Below are positions 31,001 to 40,500 of a DNA stretch of 64,000 bases, in pieces (position 1 is the first letter of the stretch; each line of letters opens with the position of its first letter). Source of the DNA: Terriglobia bacterium (GTDB lineage Bacteria; Acidobacteriota; Polarisedimenticolia; Polarisedimenticolales; CAVOVZ01); NCBI GenBank assembly GCA_963699985.1, contig CAVOVZ010000028.1, positions 32,013-96,012 of the forward strand, given 5' to 3'. Position numbers and translations under genes: made by a program. The notes under the pieces are model-generated. The model had not been told where the DNA came from. It made no database searches and worked only from the letters and a program-made list of their open reading frames with translations.

Positions 31001-31893
31001 CGCCGCCCGATGCGCCGTGCAACGCGAAGATCACGTGCAGGTGGGTCCAGAAAGTAACGGCCGTCCCGCCGAGCGACACGTTGATCGAGGACAGCGATCA
31101 GGCCCTCGTCCGTAACGGGGTGGGGCCGAACCACTCGATTCACGTGAACTACTCCCGCGCGAACGAGAGCAGGAACTGCCTTTCGAGCGACGTTGAAAAA
31201 ACCAGCGCACAGGCCGGCACCGCGGTGGTCAACGTCAACCTGGTCTGTCTCGACTCCGCAGGGCACGCGTGCAAGCCGAAGTGCACCTGCGACGTGGAAG
31301 CCCAGGGGGCGTATCATTCTGAAATCAAGGTTCACACCGAGCTGGGTTACGTCCTGGGAGTGAGCTGCTTCGGCTTCAGCGACGTGAACGCCTCCGCGCA
31401 GGACGAGGCCGCTTTCGACATCAACGGCGGCACGGTGTTCAACAAGGCCGTCGCCGTCCAGAACGGCACGAACGCGTCCACGACCGTGAGTTTCGGGCTC
31501 GGTGCAACGGTGGGAAAGGCAAAGGAGGGCGCGAGCAGCGAGCTTGGCGCGTCCTTCGGCGTCTCGGTGACCTCCTCGAGCAACCTCGGCGACGACGTGG
31601 ATCTGCTCAACGCTCTCGGCGGGAAATCGGTCGGTTGCACGCTGAGGGCGGTCATGGAGAGCAAGGGCAAGGCGAAGATCAGGGTGTCCCGCCGCAGCTT
31701 CGGATACGCCCAGGCGATCAGCACGCACTGGGGCATCTGGTGGATCGGCAAGTCCGACTGCCCGGAGGCGGGCTGGATCAACGGCCACGTGGGATTCGGC
31801 GACCAGAGCGACGTCAGGACGATCGGAGACAGGCAGGCGGCGAACGACTTCTTCGAGACAAGCGGGAGTGACTACCGAATCCCGCCACCGTGA
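22015..31893 (+). CDS. Giant secreted subtilisin-like (S8) serine peptidase with Myxococcus-type cysteine-rich repeats and an unassigned C-terminal module (3,292 aa)
   Basis: Start MRNPRCRVAHRGLVSALLLLAFAGGPPPALLAAP is a signal peptide; the ORF portion upstream of it is repeat family A. S8 triad: VLMILDSGIE (Asp), GGSTHGHVVAATALGN (His), LAGTSVASAAAAGAAML (Ser). Cys-rich repeats at ~30.08-30.50 kb: CGNGVRDAGEECDG, CGNGTIDAPEQCDDGNNANGDGCDADC, CGNGKVQAGEQCDG, CGNGVVDDPAEECDG. The protein sequence is coherent over the whole ORF. Confidence 0.9.
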   Translation: MRNPRCRVAHRGLVSALLLLAFAGGPPPALLAAPPERGTGSSVAAHAPSALPRLFPRSSYAWPFSAGPVYGPLVEESADLRGAVLLRTDVGSFDLTLGTPPFPPELRSNGEIDPRAGSYFIVVADPERTGDGVLERLREAIVNPGGAIVEEMGGAAYAVRLNAGAPAAIREIPGVLAVEPYHPAFKLSPHIGRSPLPDPVKAVSPIYDLDLLLFPGEDANAVARAIRNLGGNVLAVAPNAVRAELHRDRFANAAGIGAIRKIYEHLPVFVHGIETTTTMQTGSYHGGAVPFHDAKVNGGGLPGTCSASTTIQCQGNGDCPVAQTCNGAGTPQVLMILDSGIELDAGDLSDARTAPGIPGATHRKVRVYQTVNPFGGSGDLLGCDSATNGGSTHGHVVAATALGNATAVPLRYGAGWVERDHDGRSWPIDGVAPRAVLVAYDANVTPLSGSCGDPQNGALVIGSIYAGEGVGASLETAYHSHGARTYDFSWGTTNSPIYGSHANSVDSFLVSAAHPDAMIFLSAGNDGRDESADFVPDPGSISDPATAKNAVVVGGSGNTSEPVDGNDPYPQNVRYPFSGVGPATAVSQRVAPLLMAPAFDSGGRFQNGFPDAGLGTTAGDGVESGGMGFRSEFSCRSSDNDQNAPVECHVAQGLAGTSVASAAAAGAAMLVRDYFAQGFYPDATSGNPGNSSDVVTNLSGAMVKAILIASAAWMDASTPDSPTNAAGIPVRLSLNYRFNREQGYGRIQLDNALPLQSHNPSPIGMIVADGGVPGGRLDIPGLTGSINTTIGGSDTGTITVCDDARELRIALVWMDTTGDVLNRNLDLEVQSPSGKVYFGNYFTDDNNRNGVIDSGEDCPGSVITGSPTSLDESPWSLPACANSARDNRNPTEAVFLSPDPRRNGVEAGSETDKQTEAGIWTIRVKTGAGSASTTSQRYAVVVTGGVCPGSSIRFDRASYACNESVSVVVGERDEAGDPAAGLNAAEVAGRTVLEVVSTGADGVYGTADDTVADTEDGTSGLTFAQTGLSFGSSSIPIVVVATGTPRDGLLQVGSGTVLRATYQDETSGAANPNQKRTNLAAVVCQPSVSTAGVVFSQFGFDTAQLVEGGCERDARGLFTFGFPDRYMDSGERIGYRVAFRSSETADLTGVVVSLRCVLSDSDSPCECRPGTTDCADPDRTNNVPCGSLLTILDSPKNLGALPVGGIATPSFNIQMGTFSGLLKVQMLLGVSAKASGKPAESLLAFCDTLNADERSFFYSTDFPTGGSEVLDHDNDEVAENPSTNAGDASRDYRFDTMTWSSITATGRNVGFTGPWSFDSSGNGFRVGWNNTSTRGLAETVANWGEDKNFNGVLDYACALSPTIACPGAFPVQACGRCSNNSSIICVGSSNAPCGGGVTICVTDVSLGSCVSEEDRDPQNGLLDDNWSTVGGCGWQTNGTTSSPTTPGGAWHTGRIGVPGSPCLVSGSSPGACQSYEVLTGTSNVKTQWEILLSPVFEKVNQCNTEVGPLPAGCGGQLDTATEKVFEVEFMDWAWNMAADLPDRLAEIRYELDTDTTKPAPVDLINDDVVLNAITRDSMLDPTDKAFAPIQGSTSQNGTVGNNRVGRNPCYFEQTPRSHPLRLAEPKDDDLDNNGNGPVDELVSPNGPIRNFDLSLVGTPDMRFTTLDDVYGERPGESFQAAIGFRVLEGDTARGAAQPGFGVTVDDMVVKWREFRLVEDAVDCAATGACATVQTDSSTIFDGNGLLTITVTDTSPYRCVGGPPCAPEGKNDCNHNGSFADPVDDGDCDHDGTPDVPVRVFSGAEPAGEWVVLDRIGAGPSYRGTLPLSLGADAAGVLRVSEQGGLNDDITTRYIDDWDGTTSGSGCRNDADPFRQGIVDQGIDLVIGTTGNVVVTTFRVDDSASLAPLNDGDGYPDTNETFDLYVTISNKSHVNLTNVVLHAGVNDPKIECSIHSVAMMASLAADATVEVPSPFRFKVSATADRAGTAPAATCSNGACSNGAGPCVGSAQCMKTPSDDYSAQFTIPLSANQFDLNAAPQRIALDLDLDAVNPVIATSSFTEGFEGGFGNFQLLNLDANIASSTLSNGMRCPYSDPDFPGSNAYGNTECYLGFAAGQSPINDWHIHTTTSPDGGRAYLGNLSLHYGKHTPGNANLDTYGLSQMDALRTKNNINLAARVCAALQSGQVKSCNTPADCTSPASACVAASPVLSFKHQVSLLDSRGTNAPEGQAADRAVVYAQLSGSTVWQKIHPYENVYDQQATDSFANCTFDPVDDGNTEDSYFDPTDPSRRLGPSSTCFPEFVFSRSGATDGPFSPTHINLASDGPGLQGSLGQGTWVQSSFDLSRYRGRSIKLRFLVSTIKSSDTPTAEAAFVWNPRPDDDGWYIDDVRVTQALGTSSPTTTSDTQNHGSSSCGLPCSTLTPMLLAAPSPSPAPGRLVTLSASAIVDRCVDGVLLYQFWIDVDGNGAIGPIDVLLRDYGVDPVFRDAPDVTTRYLTQAKCTSSTSGPCAGSLAAAILVVLNVSCDDGNDCTLDTYVPQSGCVHTPLPNGMPCDDHEPCTEPDACSGGACVGAAVPAPAEVQGVRLARSGGSALITWNPVAGATGYDMIRVQGGLPVGRPGGIEVCIAEDLLGTSWTDGDNPFSNQLFVYVPRAQGSCRAGSYGYGGLRGVPSGLRETSTCSAVATCPAVPTPASCGNGVRDAGEECDGLEDPACVGLCRSDCICGHCGNGTIDAPEQCDDGNNANGDGCDADCVTETCGNGKVQAGEQCDGSQALACRQPGECQPGCVCATVSPSPTCGNGVVDDPAEECDGTADAACPGRCNAGSCTCAQATGVTSPPPVPGDGDQSSPPSNVIEVTQEAFDTLAALERGDSVHDHSSVPGLPSFIQSFFGQFPDPGAPTAICRNLVTPPRGPAAGCADLDSLEFDNGSYDADATPGALSLLISTNRVCGFGDHPVTLSVQDGSGRTGRCVANVRVCDPEQGAACPSLLCQDAAPPPDAPCNAKITCRWVQKVTAVPPSDTLIEDSDQALVRNGVGPNHSIHVNYSRANESRNCLSSDVEKTSAQAGTAVVNVNLVCLDSAGHACKPKCTCDVEAQGAYHSEIKVHTELGYVLGVSCFGFSDVNASAQDEAAFDINGGTVFNKAVAVQNGTNASTTVSFGLGATVGKAKEGASSELGASFGVSVTSSSNLGDDVDLLNALGGKSVGCTLRAVMESKGKAKIRVSRRSFGYAQAISTHWGIWWIGKSDCPEAGWINGHVGFGDQSDVRTIGDRQAANDFFETSGSDYRIPPP

Positions 31894-32040
31894 TCCAGCT
31901 CCGCACGCGCTCGATCGAGGCCCGGGGCCTGCTCGCCCGCTGTCCGCCCCCGCGGCCTCGACGCGCGCCTGCGCCACGGAGCGAAGGGGCGGGAGGAGTT
32001 TCGGGGCATCGAGGGAGTTTGAAGCACCTCGGGGCAGTCG

Positions 32041-32060
32041 CCCCACGCTAGCGCGTGGGG
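32041..32060. terminator. GC-rich hairpin between convergent giant genes (possible bidirectional terminator)
   Basis: ccccacgc-tagc-gcgtgggg forms a perfect 8-bp stem with a 4-nt loop. There is no flanking U-tract, so support is weak. Confidence 0.3.
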
Positions 32061-32141
32061 TACGAGCGGAGAACGGTACGAACCGTGGGGAGCGCGGCTC
32101 GGACACGCCAGTGTCGTCGAGCCGCGCCCCGCCTCGTTCTT

Positions 32142-35100
32142 TCAGCGTCTCCCCGGCTCGCAGGCATCGCCGACTCCGGGGGTTCCGCCCGTATCGGCCT
32201 GATCGCAGTTCGCCACGAACGGGCAGTTGTCGTTGCAGGGCAAGATCAGATTACCCGTGCAAACGCCCGCCGCGCACGACTGGAAGGGACACGCAGTGCA
32301 GAGGTTCGTGCCGTTCCCCTGTGGGACTCCATCCCCGTCGATGTCCGGGTCGCACGCGTCTCCCAGACCATCTCCGTCGGCATCCTCCTGACCCACGTTC
32401 GGGACGAGCGGACAGTTGTCACAGGGATCACCGACCCCATCGGGGACGGGTAGGTCGCTGTCTCCTTGAACCGCGGGGAGGTGGTCGCAGTTCAGCTGCG
32501 GATCGCAGCAGTTGCTCGGAGAGTCACACCAATCGGGACAGTTGTCCAGGCTGTCCTCGCGACGGTCCCCGTCTCGATCGTGGGTGCCGCCCGGGCAGTG
32601 GTAGTCGGTGGGAACCGGGATCCCGTACAGCAACCGGATCGTCGAACCCGGGCGGAAGCTCACGCCCCCCACCGGGACCGGAACCGGGCTGCCGTTCAGA
32701 TAGAGCACGGGCGGTCCTTTGTACTCGTGTACCCCCGCCAGAGTGATCAGGGTGATCTTGACCTCTGCGGGGCGCCCCGCGACGACTGCTGCCGAGGCCT
32801 TGGGATCACCGACGTTGCATGCGGAATTCACCGCCGCGGCGAATTGCGTGGCGATCGCGGCGGCGTCCCCGCCGACCGAAGAAAAGCTGCCGGAGCACAC
32901 CGAATTCGCCGTTGGGCTCGACCTGTCCTTGATCGCCCACGGAATCGAGCCGCTGCTCGAGTTGCCCGTGATCCCGTAGACGCCGGACGAGTTGGCGTTG
33001 CCGTCGCGTCCCGCGATCGACTCGATGCAGCCCTGACGGGTCACCAGGTAGTAGAACACGGTCCCGATGTTCGGATCGACCGAGTCCTGCCCCGTCGTGA
33101 GCCCGTGCATCGTCGTCGTCACATCTTGTCCCATGCAATCGTGGTTGTAGGGCTGGGCCGCATCCCACGGCACGCCCGCGCTCTTGTAGCCCCGGTACAA
33201 GCTGAATCGAGCTTCGATCCCGTCCGGGCTGTCGTTCATCCACGTGAGGCTCGTGACCCCGCCGACCCGCCGGAGCCGCAGCTTCGGATCGCTTTCCGCC
33301 GGCGGGGCGACCTCGGGCGCCTCGCCGTTCGCTGCGCTGGTGGGATCGCAATCGCAGACGTCTCCGAACGCGTCGCCGTCGGAGTTCGCCTGGTCGACTT
33401 GAATGACGCCTGGACAGTTGTCGACGCAGTCGTTCCATGGGTCGCCATCCACGTTGGTCGTATTGTCGACTACTCCGTTGCAATCGTCGTCGAGCAGGTT
33501 GTTGCACACCTCGGCGCCGGGCCCACGACTCTGACACACCAGCGATCCCTGGTCCGAGCACAAGTACCTTCCGGGGCCGCATACACCGGGAAACCCTGTA
33601 TCGCACGGGGTGCCTTTTCCCTCGAAGCCATTGTCGGGCAACCCATCGCAGTCGTCGTCCAGGTCGTTGCACAGCTCCGGAGTCCCGGCGAGCTGGCTCC
33701 AGTCCGGCACCCCGTTGCAGTCGTTGTCGACGTCGTTGCCGTCGCAAAACTCGACGTTTCCGGGGAAGCTCGAGGCGTCGTTGTCGTCGCAGTCGTCGGA
33801 GACCGCCACGTATCCGGATGGTACCGCGCACGCGATCGTGCTCGCCGCGAGGTCCCCGTGCCCATCCCCATCCAAGTCGCGATACCAGATCGGTCCCCAG
33901 ACCCAGCGCCCCGTCGGCGAGCCCAGCAGAACGTGGACACGACCTTCGTCGTTCTGACCGTTGTCGTGGAAACTCGCACCCACGATCAGGTCGCCGTACC
34001 CGTCCCCGTTCACGTCGCCCCCGGCCACCGACGTCCCGAAGAGCGCCGAGGCCTGGTGCCCGTCGGCGGTCCAGGGCAGCGCGGTCGAGGGGCCGGTCGG
34101 AGACCCCAGATACGCGTACACGCGGCCCTGGTCGATCAGGGGGTTCTTGTAGGACTTGAAGCCGATCACGACGTCGCCGTAGGGATCCCCATTGCCGCTT
34201 CCCGCGCGGGCGATCGAGATCCCACCTGCGCCGTGCCCGACGGCGCCTCCTTCGATCTTCCAGGCAAAGGGCTGACCGGGAGTGAGGCCGCTGCTCGAGC
34301 CGCGCCAGAAGAACACCGCCCCTGCGTTGATGCCCGCTCCACCCGTGTAGTTCGGCGCAGTCGCCATCACGTCCGTCCAGCCGTCCCCGTCCACGTCCCC
34401 CGCCAGGGCGACCTGGGTGCCGAACCGAGGTGCCCCAACGAGGGTCGGTGTCGCGGTCCAGCGGCTCGACAACAGCAGGCCCGGCCCGAAGTAGACGTAC
34501 GTCGCGCCTTGATTGGAGAGGTGCCCGGGTGCGCCCACGATCAGGTCGTCCGTGGTGTCGCCGGTGCCGCTCGCGCGCCCTGCCGAGGCGACGGAAGTCC
34601 CGAACCTGGCGCCCGCGACGTCCGAGTCCACCGACGTCAGCAACGTCAGGGTCGTGCTCCCAGTGCTCGGGGTCCGGTAGACGTACACCCTTCCCTCGTT
34701 GGTCAACCCGGGCTTGGTGTAGTCCGGTGCGCCCGCGATCACTTCGCTCCTGCCGTCGCCGTCCACGTCCGCGGCCGCGACCGCGAAGCCGAGGTGGGCG
34801 CCCGGCTGTGGGGTCCCGGACACAATCGTCGGCCCCGGCAAAAGGCCGCCACTCCCGTCGCCGAAGTACACGTACACGCGGCCTGCGCCGGCCCCGCCGT
34901 CGTTGTAGTTCGGCGCACCCACGATCACGTCGCCGAATCCGTCGCCGTTCACGTCCGCGACCGCGACCGCCGATCCGAAACCGGCGCTCGGCTGCGGCGA
35001 GTCCTTCGTGAACAGCAGCGTCGCGGTCCCCTGGGCCGAGCCCTTGTAGACGTACACCCGGCCGCCCCCCGTGTAGTCCGGGGCACCCACGACCACATCG

Positions 35101-37940
35101 TCGTAGGAATCTCCGTCGATTCTCCCCGAGGCCACGGCCGCGGCGAAGTGCGCACCAGCCCGATCGGACTCCGCGGTCCAGGGCTGCACGAGGTTGTCGA
35201 ACAAGTTGTCGCAGTCGTTGTCCAGCCCGTCGCAGACCTCGACCGGAAGAGGGCCGCCCTGACAGGCGCCCCCGACGCAGCGGTCATCGGGAGTGCAGGC
35301 GTTGCCGTCGTCGCATGCAGTGCCGTTGGGTGCGCCGAGAAGCTGGTTCAGAAGAATCGTCACGTTGTCGGACAGGAGATTCGTCACGGCGAGGTCGAGT
35401 CGCCCGTCCGAGTTCAGGTCCCCGATCGCGATCGACTGGGGAGCCGCTCCCACCGCAATCGGTGCTCCCGTGCCTGGACTGAACCCTCCTGCACCGTCCC
35501 CGAGCAGGATCACGATGTTGTTGGCAGCTTGGTCCGCCAGCGCGAGATCGGCGTTCCCATCCCCGTTGACGTCGCCAATCACTACGGAACGCGATCTCGG
35601 CACGACCGGCAATCCCGTCGACGAGAAACCACCCGCGCCGTTCCCCAGAAGAATCACGACCTGGTCGGCGTCGCAGTTCGCCACGGCGAGATCGAGGTGA
35701 GCGTCTGCGTTCAGGTACCCCGCCGCCAGTTCACACGGATGGCCCCCTGCCGCAATCGACGGACCGGCGGGCGAGAAACCACCCGCGCCGTTCCCCAACA
35801 GGATCGTGACGGTGTTGGAGAATTGGTTCGCCACGGCGAGGTCGAGGTTGGCATCCGCGTCGTAGCGCCCAACCGCGATCGAGTAAGGGAGGGAACCCGT
35901 TGCGATGGGCGGTGCGATCGACGTGAACCCGCCCGTGCCGTCCCCCATCAGGATCATGACGTTCTGGGAATTGGCGTTCGCAACGGCAAGGTCGAGCGTC
36001 GCGTCCCCGTTCCAGTCCCCGACCGCGACCCAGTTGGGATTCACCCCGACCGGGATCGGAGACCCTACGGCTTCGCTAAAGCCGCCCGCGCCGTCCCCGA
36101 TCAGAATCGTGAGGTTGTGCGATAGGTTGTTCGACAGGACGAGGTCGAGCGTCGAGTCCCCGTTCCAGTCTCCGGCCGTGACGTAATCGGGGCCTGATCC
36201 CACGGCGACGGCAGCGACCGGAGTGAATTCGCCCGCGCCGGTCCCCAGGAGAATCCTGACGTCGTTGGTGCCGTAGCTCGCTACGGCGAGGTCGAGCTCG
36301 CCGTCCTCGTTCCAGTCCCCGGACGCGACGTGAGTAGGAAGCGTCCCTGCGGCGACGGGCGATCCGCTCGCCTGCCCGAACGCTGCCGATGACAGGCAAC
36401 TCCCCGCCTGGCATGTCTCGCCCACCGTGCACGGGTTGCCATCGCTGCACGGCGTCCCGTCCAGCTTGGGCGGGTTCGAGCAGAGGCCCGTCGGCGGGTC
36501 GCAGGTGCCGACGTCGTGGCACTGGTCGCTCGCCGTGCACACGACCGGATTCGATCCGACGCAGGTTCCTCCCGAGCACGTGTCGGTCTGGGTGCAGGCG
36601 CTGGCGTCGTTGCACACGCTCGTGTTGTTCACGTTCTGGCAGCCCGTCGCCGAGACGCAGGAATCGTTCGTGCAGACGTTTCCGTCATTGCAGTTCGGGG
36701 GAGGACCGCCGACGCACAACCCGGCGGAGCAGGCGTCGTTGGTGGTGCACGCGTCGAGGTCATCGCAGGGGGTCGTGTCCGGCCCGCAGGAGCACCCGCT
36801 CGCCGTGCAGCCCGTCGAGTACTGCGTGGTGTAGTTGACGGTCGAGTTCATCTTGATGAAGTACGCCTCGCCGGGAACGATCGGGAAGTCCGAAAAAGTG
36901 CCGCCCGAGTACTCCGTATACGTACCGCTCACGCAATTCAGGCGCGATACGCTGGTGACGGAGGGCCCGATGCTGGCCCGGAGCTGGCTGGCACGGGTGA
37001 TGGTGGAGCAGTACGGTAGCGAGACGAGGTTGTACCCGGTCTGGCTCCCGGGCCCCGCTGCCCGTAGGTTGAGCGTCATCGGTCCGTCGATTCCGTGGAT
37101 CGGGTAGGCGCTGCTAGCGTTCCAGGTGACCATGAAGCCGTCGCCGGGGTTCACGCAGAAGCAGGCCGGTGCACAAGCGGTGTCGGGCACGGGCGGGGGA
37201 CAGGTCGCCGGTTGCCCGGTGACACCGTTCCATTGGCAGCAGTTGACTCCATCCCAGCGCCAGAACGTGTCGTTAGCGGGGTTGAACTTGGAGACGTAGA
37301 GCCGGTTCGGGATGCTCTCAAACAGCGTGGCGACGCTCGTGATGGGGCCCGACACCGGCAGGGACAAGAGAAAGGAGTGGGTCCCGGTTTCCCCTCCCGG
37401 ACACGAGTCGGTGTTGCACCTGAGACCGGGGAACGCCAGCGGATTCTCATCCGGGTAACGGACCGAGCCGGTGCTGCTGAGAGAGAATTCCGACTCCTCG
37501 TTCCCGCGCATCTCGAGATCGATGAGCTGGCTGTCCTCCGCGGCCCCGGCGTCGACGCCAATCCGCCCCCAGTCCCGAACCGTTCCGTTCGAAACGGTGA
37601 AGCCACGGACCGGCTGCACGTGGATGCCGTCCAGCGACCCGATGACTCCGATCAGCTCGAAGCCCGCGAGGTCGATCGTGACGTCGTCGGCGGCGACCTC
37701 GATTCCGCTTTTGCCGGCGACGCCGGTGATGTTCCCGGTCAGGAAGTACGTGCCCGGCCAGGTGATCTTGAAGAGCGAATCGAAGTCGCCCGGGGTGGTC
37801 TCCGCGCTGATGGGAACGCGGGGCTCGACCTGGTCGAGCGGCTTCGTCGCGAGTCCCGGCTCCGAGCCGCGAACCTGGACGGCGAGAAAGAGGGCAGCAA
37901 TGCCGACGGGTGAGAGGAAGATCGCCATTCGCTTCTTCAT
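32142..37940 (-). CDS. Giant secreted adhesin-like protein P1: beta-helix-like N-terminus, Cys-rich EGF-like modules, 7-blade VCBS/FG-GAP propeller, integrin-alpha-type FG-GAP repeats, MopE-like CxDxDNDCD motifs, TSP3-like Ca-binding repeats (1,932 aa)
   Basis: Signal peptide [25 protein letters not shown]. Seven blades of the type [32 protein letters not shown] (~35330..36395). FG-GAP: [32 protein letters not shown]. MopE-like: [15 protein letters not shown] and [16 protein letters not shown]-terminus [20 protein letters not shown] and [11 protein letters not shown]. Confidence 0.9.
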   Translation of the reverse strand: MKKRMAIFLSPVGIAALFLAVQVRGSEPGLATKPLDQVEPRVPISAETTPGDFDSLFKITWPGTYFLTGNITGVAGKSGIEVAADDVTIDLAGFELIGVIGSLDGIHVQPVRGFTVSNGTVRDWGRIGVDAGAAEDSQLIDLEMRGNEESEFSLSSTGSVRYPDENPLAFPGLRCNTDSCPGGETGTHSFLLSLPVSGPITSVATLFESIPNRLYVSKFNPANDTFWRWDGVNCCQWNGVTGQPATCPPPVPDTACAPACFCVNPGDGFMVTWNASSAYPIHGIDGPMTLNLRAAGPGSQTGYNLVSLPYCSTITRASQLRASIGPSVTSVSRLNCVSGTYTEYSGGTFSDFPIVPGEAYFIKMNSTVNYTTQYSTGCTASGCSCGPDTTPCDDLDACTTNDACSAGLCVGGPPPNCNDGNVCTNDSCVSATGCQNVNNTSVCNDASACTQTDTCSGGTCVGSNPVVCTASDQCHDVGTCDPPTGLCSNPPKLDGTPCSDGNPCTVGETCQAGSCLSSAAFGQASGSPVAAGTLPTHVASGDWNEDGELDLAVASYGTNDVRILLGTGAGEFTPVAAVAVGSGPDYVTAGDWNGDSTLDLVLSNNLSHNLTILIGDGAGGFSEAVGSPIPVGVNPNWVAVGDWNGDATLDLAVANANSQNVMILMGDGTGGFTSIAPPIATGSLPYSIAVGRYDADANLDLAVANQFSNTVTILLGNGAGGFSPAGPSIAAGGHPCELAAGYLNADAHLDLAVANCDADQVVILLGNGAGGFSSTGLPVVPRSRSVVIGDVNGDGNADLALADQAANNIVILLGDGAGGFSPGTGAPIAVGAAPQSIAIGDLNSDGRLDLAVTNLLSDNVTILLNQLLGAPNGTACDDGNACTPDDRCVGGACQGGPLPVEVCDGLDNDCDNLFDNLVQPWTAESDRAGAHFAAAVASGRIDGDSYDDVVVGAPDYTGGGRVYVYKGSAQGTATLLFTKDSPQPSAGFGSAVAVADVNGDGFGDVIVGAPNYNDGGAGAGRVYVYFGDGSGGLLPGPTIVSGTPQPGAHLGFAVAAADVDGDGRSEVIAGAPDYTKPGLTNEGRVYVYRTPSTGSTTLTLLTSVDSDVAGARFGTSVASAGRASGTGDTTDDLIVGAPGHLSNQGATYVYFGPGLLLSSRWTATPTLVGAPRFGTQVALAGDVDGDGWTDVMATAPNYTGGAGINAGAVFFWRGSSSGLTPGQPFAWKIEGGAVGHGAGGISIARAGSGNGDPYGDVVIGFKSYKNPLIDQGRVYAYLGSPTGPSTALPWTADGHQASALFGTSVAGGDVNGDGYGDLIVGASFHDNGQNDEGRVHVLLGSPTGRWVWGPIWYRDLDGDGHGDLAASTIACAVPSGYVAVSDDCDDNDASSFPGNVEFCDGNDVDNDCNGVPDWSQLAGTPELCNDLDDDCDGLPDNGFEGKGTPCDTGFPGVCGPGRYLCSDQGSLVCQSRGPGAEVCNNLLDDDCNGVVDNTTNVDGDPWNDCVDNCPGVIQVDQANSDGDAFGDVCDCDPTSAANGEAPEVAPPAESDPKLRLRRVGGVTSLTWMNDSPDGIEARFSLYRGYKSAGVPWDAAQPYNHDCMGQDVTTTMHGLTTGQDSVDPNIGTVFYYLVTRQGCIESIAGRDGNANSSGVYGITGNSSSGSIPWAIKDRSSPTANSVCSGSFSSVGGDAAAIATQFAAAVNSACNVGDPKASAAVVAGRPAEVKITLITLAGVHEYKGPPVLYLNGSPVPVPVGGVSFRPGSTIRLLYGIPVPTDYHCPGGTHDRDGDRREDSLDNCPDWCDSPSNCCDPQLNCDHLPAVQGDSDLPVPDGVGDPCDNCPLVPNVGQEDADGDGLGDACDPDIDGDGVPQGNGTNLCTACPFQSCAAGVCTGNLILPCNDNCPFVANCDQADTGGTPGVGDACEPGRR

Positions 37941-38037
37941 GAAGAGGCACTCCTTCCGGCGGTGACCCGACGCGCGAGATCTTGCCCCTCATGGCCCGAC
38001 CTGCGCGGATGGACGCCGGCGTCGGCCGCAGAGGAAG

Positions 38038-38053
38038 CGCAAGCGGCCGGCCA
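38038..38053 (-). promoter_or_regulatory. Candidate sigma-54 (-24/-12) promoter ~100 nt upstream of P1
   Basis: The minus strand reads TGGCCGGCCGCTTGCG, i.e. TGGC-N..-TTGC with the canonical GG-N10-GC spacing. An identical site is found upstream of P2. Confidence 0.4.
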
Positions 38054-38542
38054 GTCGCGGACCCCGCGCGTTGATCCCGCCGGCGTGCCTCTCGAGCGGG
38101 CGCATCCGGCCGCCATCTCACACGGGGACAGCAACTTGGTCGTGCCGAGGGGGACTGCGCACGGCCTCATTTCGATGCCTGTCGCGCTCCCTCCATCGCG
38201 GGGCAGTTTGCCCCCCCGGGTCGGTTTGCCCCTCAACGGTCTCGATGCGACGACGGCACCCGGCCGAGCCGCGCTGGCCTCCTCACCGGATGATCGAGGG
38301 TCGACCCATCGGAGACCGCTCCTTCTCGCGACGCAAACGCCACCGGGACCGTCGCTCTCGCGGATGCCTGCCGCCGCCATGTCACGAGGCGAAGCGCCCC
38401 TTCGGGGCAGGCTGCCCCGAGAAGAGGTTGACATCCGGGTCACGCAAGGTGGAGACTGACGTCACGGCAGACAGCGGCGCGAGGGGGCCCGAGCATCGGC
38501 GAATCACGGCCAGCTTCGACAGGCGCGGAGACGGGAGATCGC

Positions 38543-39045
38543 GTGGGTGCAGAGGGATCGGCGACCAGTCTTGTTCTCGAAGAAGCGAGTGCGCTCGCCC
38601 TCCTTGGACGATTCGAAGAATGTCTGGCTCTCCTCGAGGGCGTCTCCCGGCGGGAGGGGACCACTGCCGCGATCCTCGGCTCCATTCAAGTCCTGAGAGC
38701 ACGAGTGCTGATCGCGCGAGGGGAGCCCGGTAATTCCGCGGATGCCTGGCAGACCCTCGAACGGCTTCGTCAGCTGCGAGAGACTGACGGCTGGCGACTC
38801 GACCTGGCTCTGGCCCGACTCGACCACGCGAGGGACGCCTCGCCGATGCCGCGGCGCTCCTGAAGGAGTCGCTGGAACGCTTCCGGGCGCAGGGCGAGCT
38901 TCACGGGGACGACGTCGCTCTCCTGGCGCCGATGCTCCTGCGCGAGGTGGACCTCCTCGAACGCTCGCGCCCCGGTGCCACGGCCGCGACTCCCCCCAGC
39001 GGCGGCGTACCCGGGCAGAGCGCCGTTCCCGACCCGGGCTCGCTC
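38543..39045 (+). pseudogene. Truncated, frameshifted copy of the N-terminus of the sigma-54 activator (copy of 46860..~47363)
   Basis: MGAEGSATSLVLEEASALALLGRFEECLALLEGVSRREGTTAAILGSIQVL.. is almost identical to the start of 46860..48827. One C is missing at ~38838 (cgaccacgcgaggg versus cgaccaccgcgaggg in copy 2). Homology ends at the duplication junction, before the GAF and AAA+ domains. Confidence 0.8.
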
Positions 39046-39177
39046 GTACCGTCCATGCTGCCGCAGCCGATGCGCGGGGCTGCAGAACGGACACTGCTGC
39101 GTCGCCGCCGTCAGCACCGCGGTAGGCGCGGTCAGGTACGACTTGATGCCACCCGCAACCCGGCATATCCTCTGCAT
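39040..39177 (-). mobile_element. Possible ISL3-type transposase zinc-finger N-terminal fragment abutting the duplication junction
   Basis: MQRICRVAGGIKSYLTAPTAVLTAATQQCPFCSPAHRLRQHGRYER resembles the zf-ISL3 pattern CP-C-x..-H-x-Y-x-R. It is truncated where duplication copy 1 begins. This is a motif-level call only. Confidence 0.3.
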
Positions 39178-39570
39178 TGCTTTGCAGCGGGAGGCATCTC
39201 GGGTCCAGAGCAGACGAGAGCCGTCTCCCCGAAATACCGACCCCCGCAGCTGTGAACTGCGGGGGTCAACTTCTCTCAACCGGAAATCAGAATCTACCAG
39301 AGACTCACGCCGCCGTCTCCCGGAACGGCCGTGACGATAGACCCCGCGTTACGACAGGGAAGAAAGCGACCGCTGAGACGCGGGACGAACTACTCGCCCA
39401 AGTGCGGGCCGGTACACCCGCACGCACGGACGCCGACAACTTGGGCGATCTGCCCGCCGTGCGCCGAGTACCTTCAGCGACTCCCGCAGGACATCTCATT
39501 CGCGACAACGTCGTCACAATGACGCATGAGCTTTCGTTGGAGCGGTACAAGAATTCTCACACTCACTTCT

Positions 39571-40500
39571 CTACCGGAAGCGCTGGATCTTCCTGTTGAC
39601 CCTGTCCCCCGAAGTCACGAACGTGACACGATAGACTCCCGGCGCCGCGTGATGCCCGTCCCGGTCCCTTCCATTCCAGCTCAGCTCCTCCACTGCATGG
39701 GCTGCAAGTTCTTCATCCAGAAGCTCTTGGACAAGGCGACCCCTTGCATCATAGACCGTGACCACAGCTCGCCCCGCCCGATCTCCCATCTGCACTTCCA
39801 CGGTCACGGCCTCATCCTGGCGCGACACCGCCTCACCGCGCACGATCATCGATGCAGAGGTGACTGCAGAGGTGACTCCCGCCCCATCAACAAGCTCCGC
39901 AAACTTTCAGCCCCTCCCGCTTCTTCCGCCGCCTCCCCCGCCACGACCCGAATTCGACAGTGTAACGACTTGGCTAATTCTTCCGCCGCACGACGACTGC
40001 ACATCAACGAAGTAATCGCCGTAGTCAGACCAGCCCACAGGTGAAATCGTCAATGTTGGACTGAATGCTCCGGAAATCGCCCCACCGTTGATTACGCATC
40101 GCTGGATGTCGCTTCGACACCACACGTACAATAAGGTTCAGGATAATTGGCCTGGACAGCAAATGATGCAGAACCGCCTATTCCCACCGCAACGCTCTGC
40201 GGCTGCTCTGTTATAGCCAACGGGTCGAAGCACACCGCTGCGCCTTGGCTGACTGTTGTTGCACAACAGGCGTTCGTTACGACTACATCGTACAATCCTG
40301 CATCAGCCCGAACGGCTGGATCGATCGTCAGGGTCGGAGTGTAGACGCCCGCAATCACGCCACCGCCAGCACTCTGCCCATCGCCGCCGGGCGACGACTG
40401 TGCCGGGCAGCTCCCGAGCGAATCTCGCACTCTTCTCTCCTTTGTCGATGCCATGCACCCGAATCGCGATCGCCCGCGTCTCCGCCAGGTGTTTCGCCAC
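39571..40500 (-). pseudogene. 3' fragment of an Ig-like-repeat protein with a FlgD-Ig/T9SS-type C-terminal sorting domain. It is 5'-truncated, with frame changes near ~40110 and ~39880.
   Basis: Ig-like repeats: VYTPTLTIDPAVRADAGLYDVVVTNACC..AITEQPQSVAVGIGGSASFAVQA and ISGAFSPTLTISPVGWSDYGDYFVDVQSSCGG. The C-terminus VTVEVQMGDRAGRAVVTVYDARGRLVQELLDEELAAHAVEELSWNGRDRDGHHAAPGVYRVTFVTSGDRVNRKI is FlgD-Ig/T9SS-CTD-like. GC is visibly lower: 66 of 130 nt over 40021-40150 by hand count. Confidence 0.6.

Larger units (their letters stand above)
32092..39045. repeat. Segmental duplication, copy 1 (~6.95 kb, direct repeat of 40541..47363)
   Basis: The left junction begins at gcgcggctcggacacgccagtgtcgtcgagccgcgcc in both copies. 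The right junction ends after ..gggcagagcg.cgttcccga.ccgggctc. Long stretches are identical, including the ORF-track proteins 33437..34159 = 41883..42605 and 33961..34152 = 42407..42598. Confidence 0.9.
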
